DNA of 64,000 bases from Planctomycetaceae bacterium (GCA_044235005.1 JBIIIF010000003.1:5792-69791); one strand, 5' to 3'; positions 1 to 9,288 are shown, numbered from the stretch's first letter. The notes: a model not told the origin generated them from the sequence alone. Made by a program: numbers and translations.

Positions 1-87
1 ATGCACGAAGGACGCATCACTGGTGAGCTGACCAGAGAGCAGCTATCCGAAGAATCGGTGATGCACCTGGCCACGGGGCATAATTAG
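1..87 (+). CDS. ABC transporter ATP-binding protein, C-terminal fragment (gene begins upstream of the window)
   Basis: Frame 1 is open from base 1 and stops at TAG 85-87 (HEGRITGELTREQLSEESVMHLATGH*). This resembles the C-terminal tail of sugar-type ABC ATPases, and a matching permease gene follows 100 nt downstream. Only 28 codons are visible. Confidence 0.45.
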   Translation: MHEGRITGELTREQLSEESVMHLATGHN

Positions 88-187
88 CCCGCAAACAACC
101 GGCCCCACGGGTTTAATCGGGTTGTTGATTTAGTCGTGTATTGAGCGTTTCGTTTAACGGCGAGCCGCAGGCGTAGGCGAAAATGAA

Positions 188-1744
188 ATGGTGGCGTACT
201 CGGAGGGCTGGCGCCCTGCCGCTCGCCTGGAACTGACTGAAAAGTGCAGGGTAAAGATGAAGGGTAAAGTGCTGGGAATTTTTGGTGTGTTGGTCGTGCT
301 CTGCACGTGCCTCGCTTTTGCTACGTCCGATCCGTGGTGGAATTTAGGAACGTCCAAATTCCTTCAACCGGGCAATATCCAGAACCTGCTCAATCGTTTG
401 TCGTTGTTTGGCATCCTGGGAATTGGTGTCGCGTTTGTGATCATCACCAGCGGTATTGATCTTTCGATTGGTTCAACAGTTTGCCTTTGTGGTGTCCTGC
501 TGTCGATTCTGCTGAAGGTTGATTATCAGCCGTTAGAGCCGATTTCTGTGAGTCAGATTGTTGCCTCAGAGAGATTGATCATTGCGGATGTTACGGCCGG
601 CGAACTAACACCGGGAACGACCTTTCGATATACCGGTGGAGTTGGCTCAGGGCTGCTGCTCACAACGGAATCATCAACCATCGCTGATGGTTCTCTTCAG
701 ATCAGGATCAAAGAGAATCTGACTCGCAATGAAAAGGATGGTCGACTGGTCGTTGCAGCTCCAGTGACTCGGATTGAAGCCGGGGATGTGGTCGTTGCAG
801 AAGTCGACTCTGGCTTGAACGTCGAGGTCGGCGATCAACTTCAACTGGTCAAAGCTGATGGGGCTGTGACAACTCAGAAGGTTTCGAGCATTGAGACAGC
901 AGGGACAGTGAAGCGTTTGACACTGGCCAAAGACCCCGGAGAAAAATATCGATCTGATGCCTTCGCAATTGTGCTGCATCGACACCAAAGAACGTCTATT
1001 CCCGTTGCGATTCTGATTGTGCTGCTGGTGGCGACGGTGCTGGGGTTGGTCCATGGTCTGCTGGTGACAAAAGTCAAGCTGCAGCCGTTCGTTGTTACGC
1101 TCTGTGCATTGCTGATTTATCGTGGTGTTTCACGATGGTTGACGAATGATAATCCGGCGGGATTCGGTGAACTTCAGGAAGTTCTGGGACCTGTGGCCTC
1201 GGGCCGTGTTGGGCTGTTGTTTCGTGGGCAGGAAATGGTCTTTGGCATTCCCATACCCTTCTTTCTACTGACGGCGATTGGTGTTGTAGCGTCCGTGTTC
1301 CTCGGCCGAACCATCTGGGGACGATACCTTCTGGCATTGGGACGCAATGAGGAGGCGGCTCGATTCAGCGGCATCAATACCGGCCGGATTACACTGATGG
1401 CCTATGTGATCTGCACGGTTCTCGCAGCGCTGGGCGGTATGCTGTTTGCGCTGGATTCAACGTCGGTGTCGCCATCGAGTTTTGGAAACTCTTATGAGTT
1501 GTACGCCATCGCTGCGGCCGTATTGGGAGGCTGTAGTCTACGTGGCGGTGAAGGTTCAATTCTGGGTGTTGTGATTGGGACAGCGGTCATGCAGGTTCTG
1601 AACAACCTGATTACGCTGCTGAAACTTCCGCAGCAGCACGAGACGACAATCATCGGGGCTGTGATTCTGATTGGCGTGATCGCCGATGAAATCGTGCGTC
1701 GAACGGCCGCAAGACGCAGGCTGAAACAAAGCATCAGCGGCTAA
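188..1744 (+). CDS. ABC transporter permease (RbsC/AraH-type, BPD_transp_2) with a ~160-aa inserted extramembrane domain
   Basis: 518-aa ORF. Motifs GIDLSIGS, KLQPFVVTLCALLIYRG, ALGRNEEAARFSGINTGR and GGCSLRGGEGSILGVVIG are typical of ribose/arabinose-type permeases. ATG 257 (MKGKVLGIFGVLVV...) is an equally plausible start. Residues ~111-270 (nt 518-997) have no counterpart in canonical ~320-aa members. Confidence 0.8.
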   Translation: MVAYSEGWRPAARLELTEKCRVKMKGKVLGIFGVLVVLCTCLAFATSDPWWNLGTSKFLQPGNIQNLLNRLSLFGILGIGVAFVIITSGIDLSIGSTVCLCGVLLSILLKVDYQPLEPISVSQIVASERLIIADVTAGELTPGTTFRYTGGVGSGLLLTTESSTIADGSLQIRIKENLTRNEKDGRLVVAAPVTRIEAGDVVVAEVDSGLNVEVGDQLQLVKADGAVTTQKVSSIETAGTVKRLTLAKDPGEKYRSDAFAIVLHRHQRTSIPVAILIVLLVATVLGLVHGLLVTKVKLQPFVVTLCALLIYRGVSRWLTNDNPAGFGELQEVLGPVASGRVGLLFRGQEMVFGIPIPFFLLTAIGVVASVFLGRTIWGRYLLALGRNEEAARFSGINTGRITLMAYVICTVLAALGGMLFALDSTSVSPSSFGNSYELYAIAAAVLGGCSLRGGEGSILGVVIGTAVMQVLNNLITLLKLPQQHETTIIGAVILIGVIADEIVRRTAARRRLKQSISG

Positions 1745-1852
1745 GGTGATGAGGCTGAAACAGATCCGGTTCGACGCACCGCGACTTTTTCATTAAGCTT
1801 CGCCCCTGAATTTGAATCACTCGCATCATGTTTTGAACTGTAATCGCAGCCA

Positions 1853-4800
1853 ATGACCACAGAACTTCCAAAAGCCTACGAACCAGCCGCCGCACAGACT
1901 CGCTGGGTTGAACACTGGCTCAACAAGGGATATTGCAACGCCGAACCCACTCCGGGCAAAGAGCAGCACACCATCATGATCCCGCTGCCGAACGTGACCG
2001 GAGCCCTGCACATGGGGCACTGTCTGAACGGCACAATTCAGGACTTGCTGACTCGCTGGCGACGTATGCAGGGGCGAGCCGCTCTGTGGATGCCGGGCAC
2101 GGACCATGCGGGCATCGCGACTCAGGCGGTCGTTGAACGTCGGATGCTGGAAGAGGAAAAACTGACACGCCACGATATCGGTCGTGATGCTCTGGTCGAA
2201 CGCATCTGGAAGTGGAAGAATGAGTACGAGGGACGCATTCTGAATCAGCTCAAGCAGATCGGTTCGAGTTGTGATTGGCGTCGAGTGCGTTTTACGCTGG
2301 ATGAAGTCTGCAGCAAGGCCGTTCGTCGGACATTCTTCAAGATGTTCAGTGACGGACTGATCTACCGAGGCAAGCGATTGGTGAACTGGGACACCTATCT
2401 TCAGACAGCTGTTGCGGACGATGAAGTTTACACGGACGACATCGCCGGGCATTTCTGGACGATGAATTATCCGGTTGTCGATGATTCCGGAAAACCAACC
2501 GGCACACGTATCTCGTTTTCAACCACTCGCCCCGAAACGATGCTCGGCGATACTGCTGTTTGCGTTCATCCGACGGACGAACGCTACACCGACCTTGTTG
2601 GTAAGCATGTGATGATTCCGGCCAACGGTCGCATTATACCGATTGTCGCTGATGCTTTGCTGGCGGATAAGACATTGGGTACCGGTGCGGTGAAGGTGAC
2701 TCCTGCGCATGATCCCAATGACTATGCCTGCTGGTCCCGCAACAAGGACAAGATGGGCGAGCCGATCAACATCCTGAATTCGGATGGTACGATCAATGAA
2801 AACGGCGGCGAGTACCAGGGTCTGGATCGTTACGAAGCTCGCAAACGAGTGGTTGCGAAGATGGATTCGCTGGGACATCTGGAAAAGGTCGAAGACCGCA
2901 TTATCCCGATGAAATACAGCGACCGCAGCAAGACGCCGGTTGAGCCGTTTTTGAGCGATCAATGGTTCGTGAAGATGGACACGCTGGCGCAGAATGCGAT
3001 TGACGCTGTTGAAGATGGCAGAGTGCGTTTCTTCCCGCAGCGTTATGCCAAGACATATCTCGACTGGCTGGGTGAGAAACGCGACTGGTGTATTAGTCGG
3101 CAGTTGTGGTGGGGGCATCGGATTCCGATTTGGAGCCGAGTCATTTCTCGGCATGAAGATCCCAATACCGCGATCCACGGGGCTGCGTTTACCCTGTCCG
3201 GAGCGATCGTTCCGTCCCCGGTACCGACTGACGGGCAATATTCTGACTGGGCGTTCGAAGAAAAGCCGCTGCAAAACGGCATTCAAACCGAAGAGCCTGT
3301 CTGCCAGCTATTCCTCAACGATTCACCCGTCGAAGGGCTTGCTTTCACGCGTCTCATTTCACCCGACGGAAGCCACGAACGAATTCTTGTTTGTGTTGCG
3401 CCTGGATATCCTGAATTAGAAGACAGGCTGACAAAAGGAGGTTTTTCACAGGATGAAGACGTCCTCGACACGTGGTTCAGTTCCGCATTGTGGCCCCACG
3501 CCACGCTCGGCTGGCCGGATCGGGAACATAATCCACCCATGGTGCAGACCGCTGACGCGGCATCTGAAATTTCAAATTTGAAATCTCAAACTCTCGCAGG
3601 GACAAACGAAGTACTCGATTTCTTCTACCCCGGTTCTGTTCTTGTCACCTCCCGCGACATCATCACGCTGTGGGTTGCCAGAATGGTGCTCACGGGGTTG
3701 TACAACATGGGCGACGTGCCGTTTAAGCACGTCTACATTCATCCGAAGATTCTGGATGGACTTGGCCAGACCATGTCCAAGTCCAAAGGCAACGGCGTTG
3801 ATCCGCTGGAGCTGATTGAGAAGTACGGCACAGACGCGATCCGCTTTACGATCTCATCGCTCGCCGGGGAAACTCAGGACGTGCGTTTGCCGGTTGGCTA
3901 TGAGTGTCCTCATTGCGAAGCCATCACTCCGCAAACGAAGGAACATCAGGAAATGCGTCCGATGGGCGGAGCAACTCCGTCCCTGAAGTGCGCGAAGTGC
4001 AAGAAATCGTTTCAGTTCCCAAGTCCGTGGTTTACACCTGACGAAGGAGCTCCGGTGGCTCGTATCGTCAGCGAACGCTTCGAATACGGTCGCAACTTCT
4101 GCAACAAGTTGTGGAACGCGTGTCGTTTTGCGTTCATGAATCTGGAAGGCTATACAGCCGGCCCGGTGAAGGAATCGGACCTGCAGGTGGAAGACCGCTG
4201 GGTGCTCAGCCGACTCGCGACAACGGTTCGCGAAGTTACCACGATGCTGGATCGCTACCAGTTTGATCAGGCAACTCGAGCGGTTCGCGAGTTTACCTGG
4301 AACGAATTCTGTGACTGGTATCTCGAAATGCTGAAGCCTCGCTTCCGCAACGAGGCTGCTCGTCCTGTTGCTCAGCGATGTCTGGTCGTTGTCGTTGATA
4401 CGTTGCTGCGGTTGTTGCATCCGTTTGCTCCATTCATCACCGAAGAGCTATGGCACTTGTTTGCTCAGTTCGCGCCGGTGCGACCGACGGGAATTGCCAT
4501 CGGTGACAGCGTGTTTGGTGAGTCTGTGCCGGCTTCGGAAAGCGTCATGGTCGCAAAGTGGCCGGAGATGCCGCTCCATGCCATAGATGAATCTTTGGAG
4601 AAGCGTTTCGAGCGACTCCAGGAAACGATCATTGCGGTTCGTAACGTGCGATCTGTTTACGGGATTTCTCCTGGAGCCCCGCTGAAACTGTTCATGCGAT
4701 GTGCACCGGACGTGGCGGAGCAATTGAAGGCTGTGGCCGGGCAATTTGACTTCCTCTCGAAGACGATGCTCGAAGCCGCTGGCCTGGATGTCACTGCTCC

Positions 4801-5065
4801 GGAAGGCTCCGTCAGTTTCTCGTTACCTGATGCCGACGGTTATATTCCGGTTGGAGATTCGATCGATCGTGACGCTGTTCGCAAGAACAAGGAAAAGGAA
4901 GCTGAAAAGCTTCGAGGATTCATCGCCAGTGCGGACAAGAAGCTGCAGAATGAAGGCTTTATGGCGAAAGCCCCGGCGGACGTTGTCGAAGGCATTCGAG
5001 CAACAAAGGCCGAGCAGGAAGCTCAACTGGCCAGTATTGAACGCATCATTCGAGAACTGTCGTAG
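1853..5065 (+). CDS. valS: valine--tRNA ligase
   Basis: 1070-aa ORF with the class Ia HIGH motif (PNVTGALHMGH), KMSKS motif (TMSKSKGNG), editing-domain signature TTRPETMLGDTAV, DTWFSSALWP and a C-terminal coiled coil (KEKEAEKLRGF...). Confidence 0.97.
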   Translation: MTTELPKAYEPAAAQTRWVEHWLNKGYCNAEPTPGKEQHTIMIPLPNVTGALHMGHCLNGTIQDLLTRWRRMQGRAALWMPGTDHAGIATQAVVERRMLEEEKLTRHDIGRDALVERIWKWKNEYEGRILNQLKQIGSSCDWRRVRFTLDEVCSKAVRRTFFKMFSDGLIYRGKRLVNWDTYLQTAVADDEVYTDDIAGHFWTMNYPVVDDSGKPTGTRISFSTTRPETMLGDTAVCVHPTDERYTDLVGKHVMIPANGRIIPIVADALLADKTLGTGAVKVTPAHDPNDYACWSRNKDKMGEPINILNSDGTINENGGEYQGLDRYEARKRVVAKMDSLGHLEKVEDRIIPMKYSDRSKTPVEPFLSDQWFVKMDTLAQNAIDAVEDGRVRFFPQRYAKTYLDWLGEKRDWCISRQLWWGHRIPIWSRVISRHEDPNTAIHGAAFTLSGAIVPSPVPTDGQYSDWAFEEKPLQNGIQTEEPVCQLFLNDSPVEGLAFTRLISPDGSHERILVCVAPGYPELEDRLTKGGFSQDEDVLDTWFSSALWPHATLGWPDREHNPPMVQTADAASEISNLKSQTLAGTNEVLDFFYPGSVLVTSRDIITLWVARMVLTGLYNMGDVPFKHVYIHPKILDGLGQTMSKSKGNGVDPLELIEKYGTDAIRFTISSLAGETQDVRLPVGYECPHCEAITPQTKEHQEMRPMGGATPSLKCAKCKKSFQFPSPWFTPDEGAPVARIVSERFEYGRNFCNKLWNACRFAFMNLEGYTAGPVKESDLQVEDRWVLSRLATTVREVTTMLDRYQFDQATRAVREFTWNEFCDWYLEMLKPRFRNEAARPVAQRCLVVVVDTLLRLLHPFAPFITEELWHLFAQFAPVRPTGIAIGDSVFGESVPASESVMVAKWPEMPLHAIDESLEKRFERLQETIIAVRNVRSVYGISPGAPLKLFMRCAPDVAEQLKAVAGQFDFLSKTMLEAAGLDVTAPEGSVSFSLPDADGYIPVGDSIDRDAVRKNKEKEAEKLRGFIASADKKLQNEGFMAKAPADVVEGIRATKAEQEAQLASIERIIRELS

Positions 5066-5217
5066 GTTCAATGATCGCGTTCAGATTCTCGCCCGGATTT
5101 CCCGTCGTGACACGAAACGGACTCTGCGATTACCATGCGTTTGATGTGCCGCGGTTGGCGACATTAACGCGGTGTTTCAGGTGTCTGCAAGTTATTTAGC
5201 CCACTACCAAGTGACCC

Positions 5218-6351
5218 ATGCAAGACCTTGTGCGACAGGAAATCTTTCAGGCCTGTAAGACTGTCATTGTCAAGATCGGCACGAACGTGCTGACGACGGA
5301 GAATGATCGGCTTGATCTGGTTCGTATTCAGTGTATCGCAGATCAGATTCATCGCATTCAGGAAACTGGCCGGCGAGTCGTGCTGGTCTCCAGCGGAGCT
5401 GTTGGTGCGGGGATTGGGATTCTGGGGCTCAATCGACGTCCCGATTCGCTGCCCGAGCTTCAGGCGGCGGCGGCGATTGGTCAGCCATCTTTGATGAGGA
5501 CGTGGGACGATGCCATGCTGCGCAGCGGGCATCGGACGGCTCAGTTGTTGTTGACGGGGAATGACTTTCGAAATCGTCAGCGATACCTGAATGTTCGCAA
5601 TACAATTCGCACGCTGTTTGATTTCAATGTCATTCCGATTGTCAATGAGAACGATACCGTCAGCATCAAAGAGATTGCTGTTGGCGACAACGATCAGTTG
5701 GCATCCATGCTGGCCACGTTGCTGCCGGAACCGCTGCTGGTCATCTTGTCGGGAATTGCCGGGCTTTATGATGGCCCACCATCCAATCCTGCCAGCAAAG
5801 TTGTGTCCCTCGTTGAGAAGCCTGATGAGTCTTTGTTGAAGCTGGTGGCGGCCGAGCAGAGCACTCGCGGTCGCGGCGGAATGGGTTCGAAGCTGAAAGC
5901 GATTCTGGCAGCGACCGGAATGGGTGAAACCGTCATTCTTGCCAGCGGTCGCAGCGACACGGTACTGGACGATATTCGGAACGGCGTTTCCACGGGCACT
6001 CTTTTCCTGGCCAAGGGCGAAGCTGTTCCGTCATGGAAGCGATGGATTGGATTTGGAGCACCTCCGGCTGGCGTGCTGGTGCTGGATGAAGGTGCGACAA
6101 AGGCGGTACGTGAGTCCGGGCGTTCGTTGCTGGCCGTGGGCATTACCGATGTTCAGGGCGAGTTTGAATCCGGATCTTTGGTCGGGCTGCGGACAAAAGA
6201 TGGCACCGACATCGCGCGAGGGCTGGCGAATTATTCTTCAGACGAGATTCGTCGTATTCAGGGCCGCCGCTCTGATCAGATCGCGGCTGCGTTGGGTCAT
6301 GTTCCGTATGGAGAAGTCATTCATCGTGACAATCTGGCGCTGTTGACCTGA
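5218..6351 (+). CDS. proB: glutamate 5-kinase (with C-terminal PUA domain)
   Basis: 377 aa. Amino-acid-kinase motifs VVKIGTNVLT, VLVSSGAVGAG and NENDTVS...GDNDQLA, followed by a PUA-like C-terminus (VLVLDEGATKAV...GEVIHRDNL). Confidence 0.95.
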   Translation: MQDLVRQEIFQACKTVIVKIGTNVLTTENDRLDLVRIQCIADQIHRIQETGRRVVLVSSGAVGAGIGILGLNRRPDSLPELQAAAAIGQPSLMRTWDDAMLRSGHRTAQLLLTGNDFRNRQRYLNVRNTIRTLFDFNVIPIVNENDTVSIKEIAVGDNDQLASMLATLLPEPLLVILSGIAGLYDGPPSNPASKVVSLVEKPDESLLKLVAAEQSTRGRGGMGSKLKAILAATGMGETVILASGRSDTVLDDIRNGVSTGTLFLAKGEAVPSWKRWIGFGAPPAGVLVLDEGATKAVRESGRSLLAVGITDVQGEFESGSLVGLRTKDGTDIARGLANYSSDEIRRIQGRRSDQIAAALGHVPYGEVIHRDNLALLT

Positions 6352-6417
6352 CAGCCATGGACGCGGATAAGGACTCGTGACGTTTATTGCGTGAGCGGCC
6401 ACAATGGATTCAATGAT

Positions 6418-6480
6418 CTGAATGATTGATCCCGCGAACACTCGACCTCAATTGATGCCGCCCGAAATCGAATGGCAGCC
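6418..6480 (+). repeat. dispersed intergenic repeat, copy A
   Basis: ctgaatgattgatcccgcgaacactcgacctcaattgatgccgcccgaaatcgaatggcagcc. By hand alignment 46 of 62 positions are identical to copy B at 20159-20220. It shares the GCGAACA ... GCCGCCCGAA core with copies at 30258, 38168(-) and 45185(-). Confidence 0.75.
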
Positions 6481-6503
6481 GGTTCATTAACGGCGCAACA
6501 AAA

Positions 6504-6545
6504 ACAGGGCACATTTCTGTACCCTGTCTTATTATATTTTTTTGA
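6504..6545. terminator. bidirectional intrinsic terminator between convergent proB and LRR genes
   Basis: Hairpin acagggcaca/tgtaccctgt (one mismatch) with loop tttc. On the + strand a T-rich tract follows after a short gap. On the - strand the run ctgtttttg follows directly after the stem. Confidence 0.5.
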
Positions 6546-6561
6546 TATTGATCAGGATTGA

Positions 6562-7809
6562 TCAGTATTCACCACTGCTGGTTCTGATTTTGCATTCGGG
6601 CAGTTTTTCTTTCAAAGCCAAAGCTCCGGCCTGTCCGCAGTTTGTATCGTTTACGTCCAGAAAACGAAGTTTCTTTAACCCGATCAGTGCTGCGAGTCCT
6701 CGGTCGGAGATGTTTCGATTGCTACCCAGATGTAGTTCTTCGATGTTTTTGAGTCCTTTAAAGAACTCCACCATCCCGACATCCGTCACGGCGTTGGACC
6801 CGGCATTCAGGATTCGAAGTTTGGGGAACGAACCGAACACATCGGCCGATTTGTGTTCAACCAGACCGGCAGCGTAGACGTTAAGGGACTCCAGTGAGTC
6901 CATGCCCTTGATGGCTTGAAACCCTTCGAGTCCAAACGGTGTTTGGCCGACGGACAAGGTTTTCAGATTTGCTCTTGAAGCACCTTTCCATGCGATCCCG
7001 GGAATGTTGTTGAAGTCGACACTAAGATGTTCGAGCGTCTTGATCTTGAGTATTTCGGGGATAACGGCTCCGGTGATCTGAGTTTTTTCCAGTCGAAGTT
7101 CCTGCAGCGGTAGGTTATGCAACATTAAGACTAACTGATCATTTGCGGCTGTCGAACTCAGCTTCAGAATAGACAACTCCGGCATCTGGCTGAGGCTGGT
7201 TCCCGCTGCCTGAGTAATCACGGTTCCACTGAGATCCAGCGTTTTGAGATGTGGGATTGCAGTGAGTTTTGCAACGACAGCGTCATCGGTTTTTGTGGAT
7301 GAAAGCGTTAGTTCGTTCAGAGACTGGATACTTCCAATGGCCGAAAGATTCTCAGGTGTCAAATCGATGCTTGTAAGCGTCAGTGACGTGAGGTTCTTTA
7401 GGGCTGCAAGCTGAGCCAGACCGGTGTTGGAGACATGTCTGTTGCCTGTGAGGTCGATTTTCTGAATGCTCAGCCCCGCTTCGGGAGTGACACTGAGTTG
7501 AGTCAAATCAGCGTCTGTAATCTCGTAGGGTGGAAGCTTTTGAAATCTTGCAACGATTTCGGCTGGGGTGGGACCGATAACCGGGGCTGGTGTAGCGGCG
7601 ACCGGTGGCATCGTTTGTGGAGTGGCGTTTGCGGGGGCGGCTGGCGGTGTCGAAGCGGTTGTTGAGCCGGAAACCTCCGACTTCGCTTCATTGACCGCTT
7701 TCTTGACTTCTTCACAACCAGAAAACGGAATCAGAAGACACGACATTAGTGATAGGAACAGACGCCTCAGGCGAAGGCTGTCGGAGCCTGACTCAGGGAC
7801 TTTTACCAT
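6562..7809 (-). CDS. leucine-rich-repeat lipoprotein
   Basis: The ORF extends to 7848, but ATG 7809 is preceded by GGAG. It gives a signal peptide ending in the lipobox FSGC. An Ala/Pro/Thr-rich linker is followed by 10 or more tandem ~24-aa LRR units (L..L.L..T.I...). Confidence 0.8.
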   Translation of the reverse strand: MVKVPESGSDSLRLRRLFLSLMSCLLIPFSGCEEVKKAVNEAKSEVSGSTTASTPPAAPANATPQTMPPVAATPAPVIGPTPAEIVARFQKLPPYEITDADLTQLSVTPEAGLSIQKIDLTGNRHVSNTGLAQLAALKNLTSLTLTSIDLTPENLSAIGSIQSLNELTLSSTKTDDAVVAKLTAIPHLKTLDLSGTVITQAAGTSLSQMPELSILKLSSTAANDQLVLMLHNLPLQELRLEKTQITGAVIPEILKIKTLEHLSVDFNNIPGIAWKGASRANLKTLSVGQTPFGLEGFQAIKGMDSLESLNVYAAGLVEHKSADVFGSFPKLRILNAGSNAVTDVGMVEFFKGLKNIEELHLGSNRNISDRGLAALIGLKKLRFLDVNDTNCGQAGALALKEKLPECKIRTSSGEY

Positions 7810-8154
7810 AAATAAACTCCAGTAAGACTGAAAAAAGGCCATTAACATCTTGCTTCAGGAGCAAACCAGATGCCAGTCATCAACCTCAGAAACCTGTCAA
7901 AAGAGTTTTCATCGTTTGTTGCCTTCGGGAAAAGGGGTCGCGGGGCCGATTGAGATCGCTCGTTGCCTTCGGATGATTCGTCTCCTGGTGCGGTAAGTGT
8001 CAATAATCAGGGCTGTTGTGTGAACCCCGTTGAGTTGTCAAGATGTGCCGGGAAGTTGAAATCGGTTAGAGATAGTCTCGTCGGAAGATGAGTTTGTATT
8101 GACTGTCTTCCGGGAAACGTAAGTTGTGATTAGTCGAACTGAGGAAGAGAACTC

Positions 8155-9288
8155 GTGAGCGAAACCTGGATAGCAGATCGGATGCATCGAATTGATGCAT
8201 CGGGAATTCGAAAGGTGTTTGATCTCGCTGCAACGATGAAGCGGCCCGTGAATCTCAGCATTGGCCAGCCGCATTTTGATACGCCCCAGCCAATCAAGGA
8301 CGCTTTGTGTAAGGCCGTTCAGGATGGGAAGAATGCCTACAGCCAGACGCAGGGTATTGCTCCGTTGCTGACGGTGCTGCAGAAGGATGTTGATGATCGT
8401 TACCATCATCCGGATCGGAAGATTTTCGTAACCTCCGGCACCAGCGGCGCTTTGATGCTGGCATTGTGTACGCTGATTAATCCGGGTGATGAGGTAATCA
8501 TTTTCGATCCGTGGTTTGTAATGTACCGGCATCTGACCACTTTGGCTGGCGGGACCGTGGTTCAGGTTTCGACGTACCCTGATTTCCGGATTCGGATCGA
8601 GGATGTTCGCAAGGCGATTACCCCGCGGACGAAGATCATCCTCTTCAACAGCCCCGCTAATCCGACGGGTGCCGTTGCTTCGAAGGAGGAAGTCCAGGCC
8701 TTGGCAGAACTTGCTGCTGAGAAGAACATAGCATTGATCAGCGACGAGATTTACCGGGTGTTCTGCTACGACGAACCATTCCACAGTCCTGCGGAATGGA
8801 ATGACCGGACGATTGTGATTGATGGATTCAGCAAATCTCATTCAATGACCGGGTTGCGGCTCGGTTACATTCATGGGCCGCAGTATTTGATTCAGCAGAT
8901 GATGAAACTGCAGCAGTTTACATTCGTCTGTGCTCCTCATCCGGTTCAGTGGGCCGGAGTGACAGCATGGGAGTTGGACCTGCAGCACAACGTGGACGAT
9001 TACCGTCGCAAACGAGACCTGCTGGTTGGACTGCTGAAGGAAGATTTTGACATTTCTGGCGGTCAAGGAGCATTCTATTTGTTTCTCAAAGCTCCCTGGG
9101 GGACCGGTACGGAGTTCGTATCTGAAGCGATTCGCAACAATCTGCTGATCATTCCCGGAAACGTGTTCAGTCCGTCCGACACACATTTTCGCGTTTCGTT
9201 TGCCGCAGAAGACGATCTGATTCGGGAAGGAGCCGAGATTCTTTGTCGTTTGGCCAGAAATCCTCCGGTAGGGTTTCGCCGGACTTGA
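8155..9288 (+). CDS. pyridoxal-phosphate-dependent aminotransferase, class I/II
   Basis: 377 aa with a GTG start. Motifs IDASGIRKVFDL, LSIGQPHFDTP and NSPANPTG, and the PLP-lysine motif SKSHSMTGLRLGY. Confidence 0.9.
   Translation: MSETWIADRMHRIDASGIRKVFDLAATMKRPVNLSIGQPHFDTPQPIKDALCKAVQDGKNAYSQTQGIAPLLTVLQKDVDDRYHHPDRKIFVTSGTSGALMLALCTLINPGDEVIIFDPWFVMYRHLTTLAGGTVVQVSTYPDFRIRIEDVRKAITPRTKIILFNSPANPTGAVASKEEVQALAELAAEKNIALISDEIYRVFCYDEPFHSPAEWNDRTIVIDGFSKSHSMTGLRLGYIHGPQYLIQQMMKLQQFTFVCAPHPVQWAGVTAWELDLQHNVDDYRRKRDLLVGLLKEDFDISGGQGAFYLFLKAPWGTGTEFVSEAIRNNLLIIPGNVFSPSDTHFRVSFAAEDDLIREGAEILCRLARNPPVGFRRT

Noticed and set aside
2519-3286. 255-aa minus-strand ORF antisense to valS. Similar antisense ORFs occur at 8038..8841, 41863..42726, 35214..35912, 27634..28197, 10656..11192 and 16492..16965.
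   Set aside because: Each is fully overlapped by a confidently identified gene on the other strand or frame. Their compositions are Arg/Pro/Ser-heavy and motif-free.
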